The notes: generated by a model not told the origin, from the sequence alone. A stretch of 64,000 nt of DNA from Thermodesulfovibrionales bacterium (GCA_044450345.1 JBIOIY010000001.1:183009-247008); one strand, 5' to 3'; shown: positions 39,364 to 48,477, counted from the first letter of the stretch. Program-made: numbers and translations.

Positions 39364-40205
39364 CGCTTCTTTTTCACTTTGAGCATGCTCTCCTTGAGCG
39401 CTGCCACCAGATCGGCCGGACCTTCTCCCTCCTCTTCCTCGACATGAGGGGCCTCGACAGGGGCTATTTCTTTCGCCTTCTTCTTCAGGAGACCCATGAT
39501 CTTTTTCCGGCGCCGGTCTGCATATTTTTCGGGGTTAAAGTCTGACATCATTTGCTTGATGTTTTGTTTTATACGGCCTTTCTCTTCGGCTTCGATCTTT
39601 TCTTCTTTCGGTGAGATGTCCTCATCGGGAAGTATTTCTTCACTGTAATGAAGTGTGATCAGGGCCAGCGCTCCCTCGGTGCTTCTGACCGCTACAAGAT
39701 ACTCACGCTCCCCCAGTACGAATTTTGCGAGCCCGGCCTTGTTCGTCCGGCGCATCACCTCGACCAGGAGCCGATAAGCCTTTTCGCCCCCTTTCAGTGG
39801 GACGAGATAATACGGGTGATCGTAATAGACCGGGTCCACTTCCTCCATATCGATGAACCCGATGACCTCGATCGTACGGCTCCGCTCGGGCGACACGGAC
39901 TCCAATTCCTCGTCCGTTATCAGTATGTATCTGTCGGGTCCGATTTCGTATCCCCTGATAATCTCATCTGGAGGGACGATCCTTTCTTCTTCCGGGCAGA
40001 ACATCCTTCTTTGGAGGGGCGAGTAATCCTTGGTGTGCAGCATACGAAAAGAGACACGGCCGCTATCGACGGCCTTAACCAACTGTACCGGGATCGCCAC
40101 CAGGCTGAAACTGATCGTCCCACTCCATATTCCCTGCATGGCCGCTTCACTCCCCCTATTTGAGGACGGCTTCGACGAGGTCCGACCGGGAGCGCGCGTT
40201 TTCAT
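39360..40205 (-). CDS. ku: Ku protein (second in operon)
   Basis: IWSGTISFSLVAIPV, GYE, PYYL.P, AY.LL, DLVAALKES. Confidence 0.92.
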   Translation of the reverse strand: MKTRAPGRTSSKPSSNRGSEAAMQGIWSGTISFSLVAIPVQLVKAVDSGRVSFRMLHTKDYSPLQRRMFCPEEERIVPPDEIIRGYEIGPDRYILITDEELESVSPERSRTIEVIGFIDMEEVDPVYYDHPYYLVPLKGGEKAYRLLVEVMRRTNKAGLAKFVLGEREYLVAVRSTEGALALITLHYSEEILPDEDISPKEEKIEAEEKGRIKQNIKQMMSDFNPEKYADRRRKKIMGLLKKKAKEIAPVEAPHVEEEEGEGPADLVAALKESMLKVKKKR

Positions 40206-40206
40206 T

Positions 40207-40977
40207 TCAGGCGACTTTCTTCAGGCTCGCTTCAAGGGCCTGAAGCAGATTATCCGGTGGCGTGGGTTGGAGGCGCCTGGGACGCAGGACCGCAATCTTT
40301 TCCCCGCGGGCTTTTTTATCGATCAGAGTTTGCAGCTTTTTCTGATGTTCGTTTTCGAATTTCTGCGGTTGAAACGGAGCGGTCAACTGATTGATTAAAT
40401 CGCTCCCGATTTTCAGTTCCTTTTCTGACAGAGGAATGTTCTGCAGTTCAAGAGATTTTACCGAAATCACTTCGTCGGCATACCTCAGGGTAGTCAGGCG
40501 AAGGATCTTCCCGATTGCCTGCAAGGCCCCGAGATAGTACCTCTTTCTCATGGCCCAGGTGCAGATACCCGCCACATCCATTTCCTTCAGGGCCGCGGCA
40601 AGAGCGTTATATCCTTTTGCGTGAATATCCGGCTCCAGATAGTAGACGCGCTCGAGGAAAACGGGATCGATCTGTCCGGTCTTGACGAATTCGTGGACTT
40701 CGACTAACCGGCTGCTCTCGGGAGCCGTTTGTTCGAGCTCCGCCGGATCGACAATGATATATTTCCCGTCCTCCACTTCAAACCCTTTGACCTGCGCTTC
40801 CACAGGCACCGGTTCCTTTTCATACGCACAGACCATCTGTTGGCGCAATTTCATATGGTCGTGCCTGTGAAGGAGGTGAAACTGGATCCGCTCTTCCCTG
40901 ATCGCGGTATGCAGCTTCACGGGCAGATTGACATTCCCAAAATTGATATATCCTTTCCAGATCGCTTTTCCCGCCAT
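40207..40977 (-). CDS. ku: Ku protein (first in operon)
   Basis: IWKGYINFGNVNLPVKL, KGFE, YYLEP, LRYADE, LLQALEAS. Confidence 0.9.
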   Translation of the reverse strand: MAGKAIWKGYINFGNVNLPVKLHTAIREERIQFHLLHRHDHMKLRQQMVCAYEKEPVPVEAQVKGFEVEDGKYIIVDPAELEQTAPESSRLVEVHEFVKTGQIDPVFLERVYYLEPDIHAKGYNALAAALKEMDVAGICTWAMRKRYYLGALQAIGKILRLTTLRYADEVISVKSLELQNIPLSEKELKIGSDLINQLTAPFQPQKFENEHQKKLQTLIDKKARGEKIAVLRPRRLQPTPPDNLLQALEASLKKVA

Positions 40978-41130
40978 TGCAAGTCCTCGGAGTTCTTTCA
41001 AGACCAAATCATTTGTTTCGCCCCATTGCGGCGTTACCTATGAAAGAAGTATCGCATAAAATGTCTCGCTGTCAAGCGTGGCTGAAGATATTACGTTGAC
41101 AAATATGAGAACCCATCCGAAAATTAAAAT

Positions 41131-41859
41131 ATGAAAATCCATGTCGGCACAAGCGGGTATGGGTATAAGGAATGGAAAGGGACATTCTATCCCGAGAAGA
41201 TCTCGCCCAAGGAGATGCTTCGCTTCTATTCGGAACGCCTCGGCGCGGTAGAGATCAATAATACCTTTTATCACATGCCCACAGAGGGCGTCCTGGCGTC
41301 CTGGGCGGAACAGGTCCCCGACGATTTTGTCTTCGCGCTGAAAGCGCCTCAGGTCATAACTCACCTGAAGCGGTTGAGAAATGTGGACGCGGAGGCCGAT
41401 TACCTCTTCAGGACTCTCTTGGTTCTAAAGAAGAGGCTGGGTCCGGTACTTTTTCAGTTTCCGAAGAGTTTTCATGCCGACCGCCCTGCGCTGGAGAATT
41501 TTCTCGATCTGATCCCCGGCAATCTGTCCTGCGCGTTCGAGTTCCGCAGCCCATCCTGGCTCGAGATTGAAATCCTGGACCTCCTTCGTAAAAGGGGACA
41601 CAGCCTCTGCATCGCGGATACTGATGAGAATCCGGCAAATGAGATCATCACCACGGCTTCATGGGGGTATCTGCGCCTGCGCCGCTCTGATTATACGGAT
41701 GCCGATCTGTCGGAATGGATGGGAAGACTCCTTTCGCAAAAATGGGAAAGGGCCTTCGTTTTCTTTAAGCATGAGGAAGAGGCCAAGGGAGCCGAAATGG
41801 CGATGCGTTTTCGTGCGCTTACCGACACAAAGGCGAATAAAATACGACGGGAAAGATAA
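41131..41859 (+). CDS. DUF72 (YecE) family protein
   Basis: VGTSG.Y..W...FYP, VEINNTFY, LFQFP, FEFR, YLRLR. Confidence 0.92.
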   Translation: MKIHVGTSGYGYKEWKGTFYPEKISPKEMLRFYSERLGAVEINNTFYHMPTEGVLASWAEQVPDDFVFALKAPQVITHLKRLRNVDAEADYLFRTLLVLKKRLGPVLFQFPKSFHADRPALENFLDLIPGNLSCAFEFRSPSWLEIEILDLLRKRGHSLCIADTDENPANEIITTASWGYLRLRRSDYTDADLSEWMGRLLSQKWERAFVFFKHEEEAKGAEMAMRFRALTDTKANKIRRER

Positions 41860-41984
41860 AAGAACAAATAGAGACGAGACCATGAGGCGTTGATCAGTGA
41901 TATGCGCTGCGTCATTCGCCTATCGAGCAAGCTCTTCATTTTAATGCTGCCCCTTTCGATCATCGGGTCATGTCGTACCCCAGT

Positions 41985-42797
41985 TCAGCCCTTTTTGGCC
42001 TCAAAAATCGTTGCGATGCCGAATGTCATCGAATGGACATTCACATCTACAAACCCGCAGGTCCCCAAAATACGTGCGAATTCTTCTGTAGAAGGAAATG
42101 CCTTAATTGACCGGGGCAGGTAATTATAGGGCACTTCTGTCTTAAGTACCTTCATCGCAATAAAAGGCATAATCCTGAAGCAATATACCCTATAAAGGGG
42201 TTTAACCCAGCGGCTTTTTGGAGGAGTGAGTTCGAGACAGCAGAACTTTCCTCCGGGCTTTAGGACCCTGAAAGCTTCCTGCAATGCCGCCGCCGTATCG
42301 GGGATATTTCTCATGCCGAAGGAAACTGTTACCGCATCGAAGGAATTATCAGGAAAATTAAGGTCCTTTGCATCCGAAAGGGCCAAAATGATATTGGACA
42401 ACCGATAATTGAGCTTCTTTTCCGCTTCGCCGAGCATTTCTTTACTGAAATCCACGCCAAATACCGATCCCCTTTTCCCTACTTTTCTCGATAGCAGGAA
42501 CGCTAATTTTCCGGTACCTGTACATACATCCAGTACCTTCTCTCCTCCCCTTAGCTCCAGAAGGGAAACGAGCCTCCTTCGCCATCCCTGATCAAGACCG
42601 AAGCTGAAAAATGAGCTCAGAAAATCAATATCCGATGCGATAGCTGCAAATATCGCTTTTATGAAGGTGTCCCTGTCACGCTGAGTCGTATTTTTCGTCA
42701 GTCTCCTTTCACCCGCTACTTCAATACCTCCGGAGGCATAAAGATTGCAAAACTCGTCCGCATTTTGTTGGCCAGTGGGGTTCTCATTTGCCGCCAT
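41985..42797 (-). CDS. UbiE/MenG family quinone methyltransferase
   Basis: SFGLD..WRR, LDVCTGTG, FGMRN, RVLKPGG, YL..SI..FP. Confidence 0.88.
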   Translation of the reverse strand: MAANENPTGQQNADEFCNLYASGGIEVAGERRLTKNTTQRDRDTFIKAIFAAIASDIDFLSSFFSFGLDQGWRRRLVSLLELRGGEKVLDVCTGTGKLAFLLSRKVGKRGSVFGVDFSKEMLGEAEKKLNYRLSNIILALSDAKDLNFPDNSFDAVTVSFGMRNIPDTAAALQEAFRVLKPGGKFCCLELTPPKSRWVKPLYRVYCFRIMPFIAMKVLKTEVPYNYLPRSIKAFPSTEEFARILGTCGFVDVNVHSMTFGIATIFEAKKG

Positions 42798-42967
42798 TGA
42801 GCACCTCCTCCTTTAATTGAATTTATTAATCCATTAGTATTACTAATAACATTGTCTCACGAAATGAAGATTATTTCATCATATTTTTTTTTCAGTACGT
42901 AAAAGGGGGGAATATATTTACAATGTGTGTGACCTTCAAAAAATGGGTATACTGGATAATAATTACC

Positions 42968-44221
42968 ATGTTTGTTAATAGACTCTTCGGAAAGCACTCA
43001 CCGAAACTTGGCGGGCTCGATATCCTCAAATTCATCGGTCCCGGATTTCTGGTGACCGTGGGGTTCATCGACCCCGGCAACTGGGCCACGAACGTCGCCG
43101 CCGGTTCCATTTACGGCTATGATCTTTTATGGGTCATCACTCTCTCCACTCTTATGCTGATCGTGCTCCAGCACAATGCGGCGCATCTGGGGATAGTAAC
43201 CGGTCTTTGTCTCGCCGAATCCTCTGCGAAGTTCTTCGGGAGAAAGACAGGCGGGATCTTCCTTTCAAGCGCTCTGGTCGCAACTGTTTCGACCGGCCTG
43301 GCCGAGGTCCTTGGCGCGGCGATAGGCCTCAACATGCTCTTTCACATCCCCATCATGACCGGCGCCCTCATCACCGCCGTGGCCGCCGGATATCTTCTCT
43401 TTTCGAACGGTTATAGAAAACTCGAAAGATGGATCATAACCTTCGTGTCGATAATAGGGTTCTCCTTTCTCTTAGAGCTGAGCTTAGTGCATATCGGCTG
43501 GTCAGAGGCTGCAAAAGGCTGGGCCATACCCGTTGTCCCTTCCAACTCGCTTCCAATCGTGATGAGTTTACTTGGGGCTGTGGTCATGCCGCATAATCTC
43601 TTCCTTCATTCCGAGATAATTCAGAGCAGGCAGTTGAACATCAAAGGCGAGGAGGCAATTACCAGGCAACTGAAATACGAATTCACCGATACGCTCTTTG
43701 CGATGCTGATAGGATGGGCGATAAACAGCGCGATTATTATCATGGCCGCTTCCGTCTTCTATTCCCGCGGGACGGTCGTCACTGATCTGGCGCAGGCGGA
43801 TGCAACGCTGAAGCCCCTTCTCGGAAATGCAGCGGGAGTCATCTTTGGCACGGCACTTCTTCTTGCAGGCTTTTCCTCTTCAATAACCGCTGCCATGGCC
43901 GGCGGAAGCATCTTCGCAGGGATGTTCGGCGAGCCCTTTGATATCGCCGACAGCCATTCGCAGACAGGAGCCGTCATAACACTAACAGGAGCAATAGCGG
44001 CCATTTTCCTTCTCAAAGACGTCTTTCAGGGACTCATCTGGAGTCAGATCATATTGAGCATCCAACTGCCGTGGTCTATCTTTTCCCTTGTCAGCCTCAC
44101 CTCCTCTTCAAAGGTGATGGGAAAATTCTCGAATTCCTTCCGGGACAATGTCCTTTTGTGGTCGACCGCAATCGTTGTCTCGGGTTTGAACATCATGCTC
44201 TTCGTGAGTATGCTTCGATAA
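42968..44221 (+). CDS. mntH: NRAMP family divalent metal transporter
   Basis: GPG, IDPGN, GAVVMPHNLFLHS, SQIILSIQLP. Confidence 0.9.
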   Translation: MFVNRLFGKHSPKLGGLDILKFIGPGFLVTVGFIDPGNWATNVAAGSIYGYDLLWVITLSTLMLIVLQHNAAHLGIVTGLCLAESSAKFFGRKTGGIFLSSALVATVSTGLAEVLGAAIGLNMLFHIPIMTGALITAVAAGYLLFSNGYRKLERWIITFVSIIGFSFLLELSLVHIGWSEAAKGWAIPVVPSNSLPIVMSLLGAVVMPHNLFLHSEIIQSRQLNIKGEEAITRQLKYEFTDTLFAMLIGWAINSAIIIMAASVFYSRGTVVTDLAQADATLKPLLGNAAGVIFGTALLLAGFSSSITAAMAGGSIFAGMFGEPFDIADSHSQTGAVITLTGAIAAIFLLKDVFQGLIWSQIILSIQLPWSIFSLVSLTSSSKVMGKFSNSFRDNVLLWSTAIVVSGLNIMLFVSMLR

Positions 44222-44321
44222 GGTCTTTAAGATCTCTCAGCAGCGACGATCGAGGCGACTTGCAGATTCTTCAGGTACCCCGGCGGGTCAAGAGGGTATT
44301 ATGTCACATGACCGTCAACTC

Positions 44322-44513
44322 TTATCCTGATTTTTCCCTGCCTTCGTCGGTAAAAAAGTGCATAAGAAACTCCCCGTCCTTCGGGGGCAGGTCGAATTTC
44401 AGGCAGGCCTTTTCAATCAACGTAAACAGGGCTGCTCCCGGATTGTCCTGACGCTCATCCGATATCCATTTGATCGCCTTTCTCAACTGTTCACCCTCAG
44501 GGAGAATACTCAT
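44322..44513 (-). CDS. Small hypothetical protein
   Basis: GGAGG RBS; PEGEQLRKAIKWIS...A..KFDL.P.D.EFL. Confidence 0.75.
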   Translation of the reverse strand: MSILPEGEQLRKAIKWISDERQDNPGAALFTLIEKACLKFDLPPKDGEFLMHFFTDEGREKSG

Positions 44514-44544
44514 AATACTTTCCTCCGGTAATTAAATCGTTTAA

Positions 44545-45123
44545 CTACTTTTTCCTCATGCGAGGGAAATATCCGGGCACGCCCTTTTTATATTTAGCAT
44601 ATTCTTCACCGAAGCGGCCAAGAAGTTCCTTTTCTTCAAGAGGGATAATGACTGCGTTGACAATGATGAGGTCGAGCAACGTTACGGCCCCGACGGCTAT
44701 AACACCGGAAAGCAAAAAAACCCCGCCAAACATAAGAGTATGGGCAAGATAGGTAGGGTGTCTCACAAAAGAAAAGGCGCCTTCGGTAACGAGCCTGCCC
44801 GCGGCCTCCCGGGACACCTCCGGCAGTCCCATAAGTCCCAACAGAGTGAGCAGTCTTCCGGTCCAAATCTGAAGCATCGCGCCTCCCGTCAGGATGACAA
44901 GTCCGGCTATGCGGGCCAACGGGCCCGGATCGATCCTGTAATTAAGGAAAAAGGCCCGGTTGAGGTAAATGAAATACGCAAGAGGCGGCCACAGGAGAGC
45001 GGGCATGATATAGGTAAACCCACCGATCCTTTTAAAAAAACTCGCAAGGCCATGGACGGGAATCCAGAAAAGCGGTATGATCGGCCAAATAATAATGGTG
45101 AGCAAGGCGATCAGGTCAGTCAA
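44545..45123 (-). CDS. Isoprenylcysteine carboxyl methyltransferase (ICMT/PEMT) family membrane methyltransferase
   Basis: Multi-TM, LVTEGAFSFVRHPTY, EEKELLGRFGEEY..Y; TTG start overlaps rSAM TGA stop. Confidence 0.85.
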   Translation of the reverse strand: MTDLIALLTIIIWPIIPLFWIPVHGLASFFKRIGGFTYIMPALLWPPLAYFIYLNRAFFLNYRIDPGPLARIAGLVILTGGAMLQIWTGRLLTLLGLMGLPEVSREAAGRLVTEGAFSFVRHPTYLAHTLMFGGVFLLSGVIAVGAVTLLDLIIVNAVIIPLEEKELLGRFGEEYAKYKKGVPGYFPRMRKK

Positions 45124-46163
45124 GTCTCTTCACCGATAAAACATTGCGGGTCTTCGGCGAGGAAGTCATCTTCTCCATGCGCGACCGAATAGGCATATGC
45201 GATCGCCCTGCATCCCCTGCATCCCGCCCATCTCTTGCATTGGCCGCACTTCCCTTTATATCTTTCCCTGTCCCTGAGCGCCTCAAGCACAGGAGATGTT
45301 GCCCAGATTTCCCGGATCCTTTCTTCCCTTATATTCCCTATCGGGACAAACAACCTCCTGCATGGGACTATGGTCCCGTCCGAAAGAAAGGTCAGTCCTG
45401 AAACACCTGCGGCGCATCCCGCTGTGGGCACTGAACTATCTGCTGAGAGGCAATTCATCTGGGAAGCGACCGGGTCACCGGTGACGATCTCGAGACCCTC
45501 AGGCCTGAGGGAAAGAATCTTTTCGTATGTCTCCCTTACCTTTTCGCTGTCTATCATCTTATCCAGGAGCCCCAACCCCCGCCCGGATGGTACAAGTCTC
45601 GAAAAACCGAGCCTCTGAACGCCCAGAAAAACAGAGAGTTCTACCAATCTCATGAAGTCCCCGACATTAATTTCAGACAGCGTTGCGTTTATCGTAACGT
45701 TCAGGCCTGCGTCCAGAAGATTCCGGATGCCTTTCACCGATGATGCAAAACTGCCCTTCCCCCTTATCGAATCGTGGATTTCTTCAGTCCCTTCCATACT
45801 GACCTGGACCCCTTTCACACTGAGACCGGCAAGCGCCATCGCCCTTTCCCTGGTTATCAGTGTGCCGTTCGAAAGGAGATATATATCAAATCCCAGATTG
45901 CCGATCGTATCGATAATCTCGAATATGTCGCGCCTCAGAAGAGGTTCCCCTCCGGTGATATTGAAGCTGGGGGAGAACGAAATATCATAAGCCTCGGACC
46001 AGGCCTTCAGGGTCTCGTCGATCTCGTTTGCCACGGACGTTATCTCTTTAAGGCTCAGCTCATCGGTCCTGCCGCCTGTCTGATAGCAATGTGTACACCT
46101 CAGATTGCACCTCTCCGTCAGGTGCCACTGGATAAAAAATTCATGCGAGTTGGCTACAGACAT
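45120..46163 (-). CDS. Radical SAM/SPASM domain protein, candidate peptide maturase
   Basis: CNLRCTHC, TGGEP, SNG, VQVS; SPASM Cys array CAAG...PC...CGQC....C.GCR...DPQC. Confidence 0.92.
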   Translation of the reverse strand: MSVANSHEFFIQWHLTERCNLRCTHCYQTGGRTDELSLKEITSVANEIDETLKAWSEAYDISFSPSFNITGGEPLLRRDIFEIIDTIGNLGFDIYLLSNGTLITRERAMALAGLSVKGVQVSMEGTEEIHDSIRGKGSFASSVKGIRNLLDAGLNVTINATLSEINVGDFMRLVELSVFLGVQRLGFSRLVPSGRGLGLLDKMIDSEKVRETYEKILSLRPEGLEIVTGDPVASQMNCLSADSSVPTAGCAAGVSGLTFLSDGTIVPCRRLFVPIGNIREERIREIWATSPVLEALRDRERYKGKCGQCKRWAGCRGCRAIAYAYSVAHGEDDFLAEDPQCFIGEET

Positions 46164-46218
46164 AAACTATAAAGCTCCTCAGCTATAGTAAGTTACTTTT
46201 CATAATTTTCTCGCCAAT

Positions 46219-46262
46219 AAAAAAATAAAAAAGCGGATACGGTACATTTTCCCATATCCGCT
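46219..46262 (-). terminator. Intrinsic terminator between peptide ORF and rSAM gene
   Basis: AGCGGAUAUGG-loop-CCGUAUCCGCU (11 bp, one G-U) followed by long U-run. Confidence 0.8.
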
Positions 46263-46413
46263 AACGACATTTCGTTGCCGACCGGCAACTTCAGCTCTTT
46301 CAGCCCTTTCATTTGTGGCATATCTTGCCAGGATTTTCCCGGGCCGCTTTCTTTAATGCCGTCCAAAAGGCGGCCTCCTTGACAAGAGCCTCTCTGCTCA
46401 CTGTCTTCTTCAC
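46261..46413 (-). CDS. Putative multi-selenocysteine RiPP precursor peptide (not in ORF track)
   Basis: AGGAGGTG RBS 6 nt before GTG (in-frame ATG at 46419 also possible); MKKTVSREALVKEAAFWTALKKAARENPGKICHK-U-KG-U-KS-U-SCRSATKCR-TAG, TGA at 46309-11, 46300-02, 46291-93. Confidence 0.7.
46274..46289 (-). promoter_or_regulatory. SECIS-like hairpin
   Basis: mRNA GUUGCC-GGUC-GGCAAC, G-initiated loop 25, 16 and 7 nt after the three UGAs. Confidence 0.6.
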
Positions 46414-46521
46414 CTGCATCACCTCCTCCTCTCACGCAAGCGGATATGCACTGACGGGCAAAGAGCGCCCCTTTCTGTTTATAGAATATCTCACCCATAA
46501 ATAAAAGCAAGGAGAATATTA

Positions 46522-48477
46522 CTAAGGCCACTCGAGGAATTTTCTCAGGATGTCTTCATTGCATATGGGTTCGAGACATACTCCCGAGGCAAGGCACGGG
46601 GTAACACAGCCGTCTTCGCCATTGTGCACCACTGTTTTATACGGTCTGAACAGATTTACGGCTGCCGCCGCCAGTTCACTTTCGGCCGCCCTCCCCACAG
46701 TCAGTTTTGTCATATTGAAATAAGCGTCCATCGCGCAGAAATAATACCCCGCATGGATGCCCAGGTCAGAGGCGCTGCCGGAAAAGGTCTTCAACCCCTC
46801 TTCGGCGCGCCGGTAATATTCCTCTTTCCCGGTTATTAAGTGGAGTCTGAGCAACTGCATGATTCCAACCGAATTCGCTGACGGATGCGGAATGTCCTCA
46901 ACCGCCTTGAGCCTCACCCCCAAGACTTCTTCGTCCGTATCTAAAAAGCCGCCCGATACTTCATCCCAGAATTTTTTTATGCAAAACCCTGCAATCTTTT
47001 CCGCACGCTCCAGATAAACAGGTTCTGCCTCGACTTCGTACGCATCGATCATGGCCGCCATGATATATACGTAATCGTCGAGAAGACCCTTCACCCCCTC
47101 GGAATGAAGAAGTTCGTCTTCCCTGATACGGCCATTCCATATCCTCTCCAGACTCTTCAGCGCGAAGTCTTTTACATTGACGTCACCCAGAATCCTGTAT
47201 GCCGTCAAATAGGCGGCAATGAACATGCCGTTGATTCCGGTATAGAGCGTTTTATCGACGAACGGCGCTGCTCTCGCCTTTCTCCCCCTGAGCAATTTTT
47301 CCCTGCCTGAGTTGATTATTTCCAGAACCTTTTCGAATCCATAGCCGGTCGCCGATGCGATATCCTCAGGTGTCATCGCAACGAAGAGGACCCTCTTTGA
47401 TTCATCGTGGTGCATAGCCCCCTTGTCATGAAAGAGATGCATCTCCAACACCCTGCGTTCCTCTTCGCTGAGAAGACCTTTGAAGTCTCCCTCCGTCCAT
47501 GTGAAATACCCTCCTTCGTCGTCGGCGGTAACATCGGCGTCCTGGCTTGCGTAAAAGCCTCCTTCAGGATCTGCAAGCACTTCGAGGGAAAACCGTATTA
47601 TGCCCTCTGCCACGGACTTGAAGTATTCAGTCCCGAATACTGCATACGCGCCCGAATAATTTCTGAGCAGCCACGCGTTGTCGTCGGCCATCTTTTCAAA
47701 GTGAGGGACTATCCACGCCTCGTCCGTTGAATACCTGTGAAATCCGCCGCCAATCTGGTCATGGAACCCGCCCTTTGCCATGGAATCGAGGGTCTTCCTC
47801 GCCGCATGTCCGATCGTTTCCTCACGCGTAAAATAATACCTGTTCGTGAGGAACTCAACCGCACCGGGGGCAGGGAATTTAGGAGCCGTTCCAAACCCTC
47901 CGTGCTCAGGATCATAGGCGGACAACATTGACGATTCGGCACGTTCAAGAACGGCCCGGTCTATCTCTCCGGATGAGTGAGCATCTCCCTTGAGCACCGC
48001 AAGCAGCCTGTCGGCATATTCCTCAATCTCTCCGCGCCTCGTCTTGTAAAAATCCGATACCGCCTTAAGCACCTTGCCAAACCCGGGCCTCCCCTGTCTG
48101 TCTTCAGGCGGGAAATAGGTGCCGCCGAAAAAAGGTTTTTTTTGAGGAGTAAGGAAGACGGAGAGGGGCCATCCGCTGCCGTTGCCCATCGACGATACAG
48201 CCCGCTGGTAACGTCTGTCGATATCGGGTCTCTCGTCCCTGTCAAGCTTTATGCTGATAAAATCTTCATTCAGGAGGCGAGCGATCACCTCATCCTCAAA
48301 AGATTCCTGCGCCATAACGTGACACCAGTGACACCATATGGCCCCCGTGCTGAGAAAAACAGGTTTATCTTCTTTCGCAGCTCTTTCGAACGCTTCCTCG
48401 CACCACGGGTACCACTCGATCGGCTGCCCGGCCGCGTGTTTCAGATAAGGGGATTTCTCCTGAACCAGCCTGTTCAT
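46522..48477 (-). CDS. YyaL/SSP411 family thioredoxin-domain protein
   Basis: MNRL..EKSPYL.HA, WCHWCHVM, DRDERPDID, GWPL, GGGFHRYS, PHFEKM. Confidence 0.93.
   Translation of the reverse strand: MNRLVQEKSPYLKHAAGQPIEWYPWCEEAFERAAKEDKPVFLSTGAIWCHWCHVMAQESFEDEVIARLLNEDFISIKLDRDERPDIDRRYQRAVSSMGNGSGWPLSVFLTPQKKPFFGGTYFPPEDRQGRPGFGKVLKAVSDFYKTRRGEIEEYADRLLAVLKGDAHSSGEIDRAVLERAESSMLSAYDPEHGGFGTAPKFPAPGAVEFLTNRYYFTREETIGHAARKTLDSMAKGGFHDQIGGGFHRYSTDEAWIVPHFEKMADDNAWLLRNYSGAYAVFGTEYFKSVAEGIIRFSLEVLADPEGGFYASQDADVTADDEGGYFTWTEGDFKGLLSEEERRVLEMHLFHDKGAMHHDESKRVLFVAMTPEDIASATGYGFEKVLEIINSGREKLLRGRKARAAPFVDKTLYTGINGMFIAAYLTAYRILGDVNVKDFALKSLERIWNGRIREDELLHSEGVKGLLDDYVYIMAAMIDAYEVEAEPVYLERAEKIAGFCIKKFWDEVSGGFLDTDEEVLGVRLKAVEDIPHPSANSVGIMQLLRLHLITGKEEYYRRAEEGLKTFSGSASDLGIHAGYYFCAMDAYFNMTKLTVGRAAESELAAAAVNLFRPYKTVVHNGEDGCVTPCLASGVCLEPICNEDILRKFLEWP

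Noticed and set aside
46193..46531. 112-aa track ORF upstream of the rSAM
   Set aside because: Out-of-frame shadow: it runs through the promoter region, RBS and terminator U-run; the RBS points to the UGA-containing frame.
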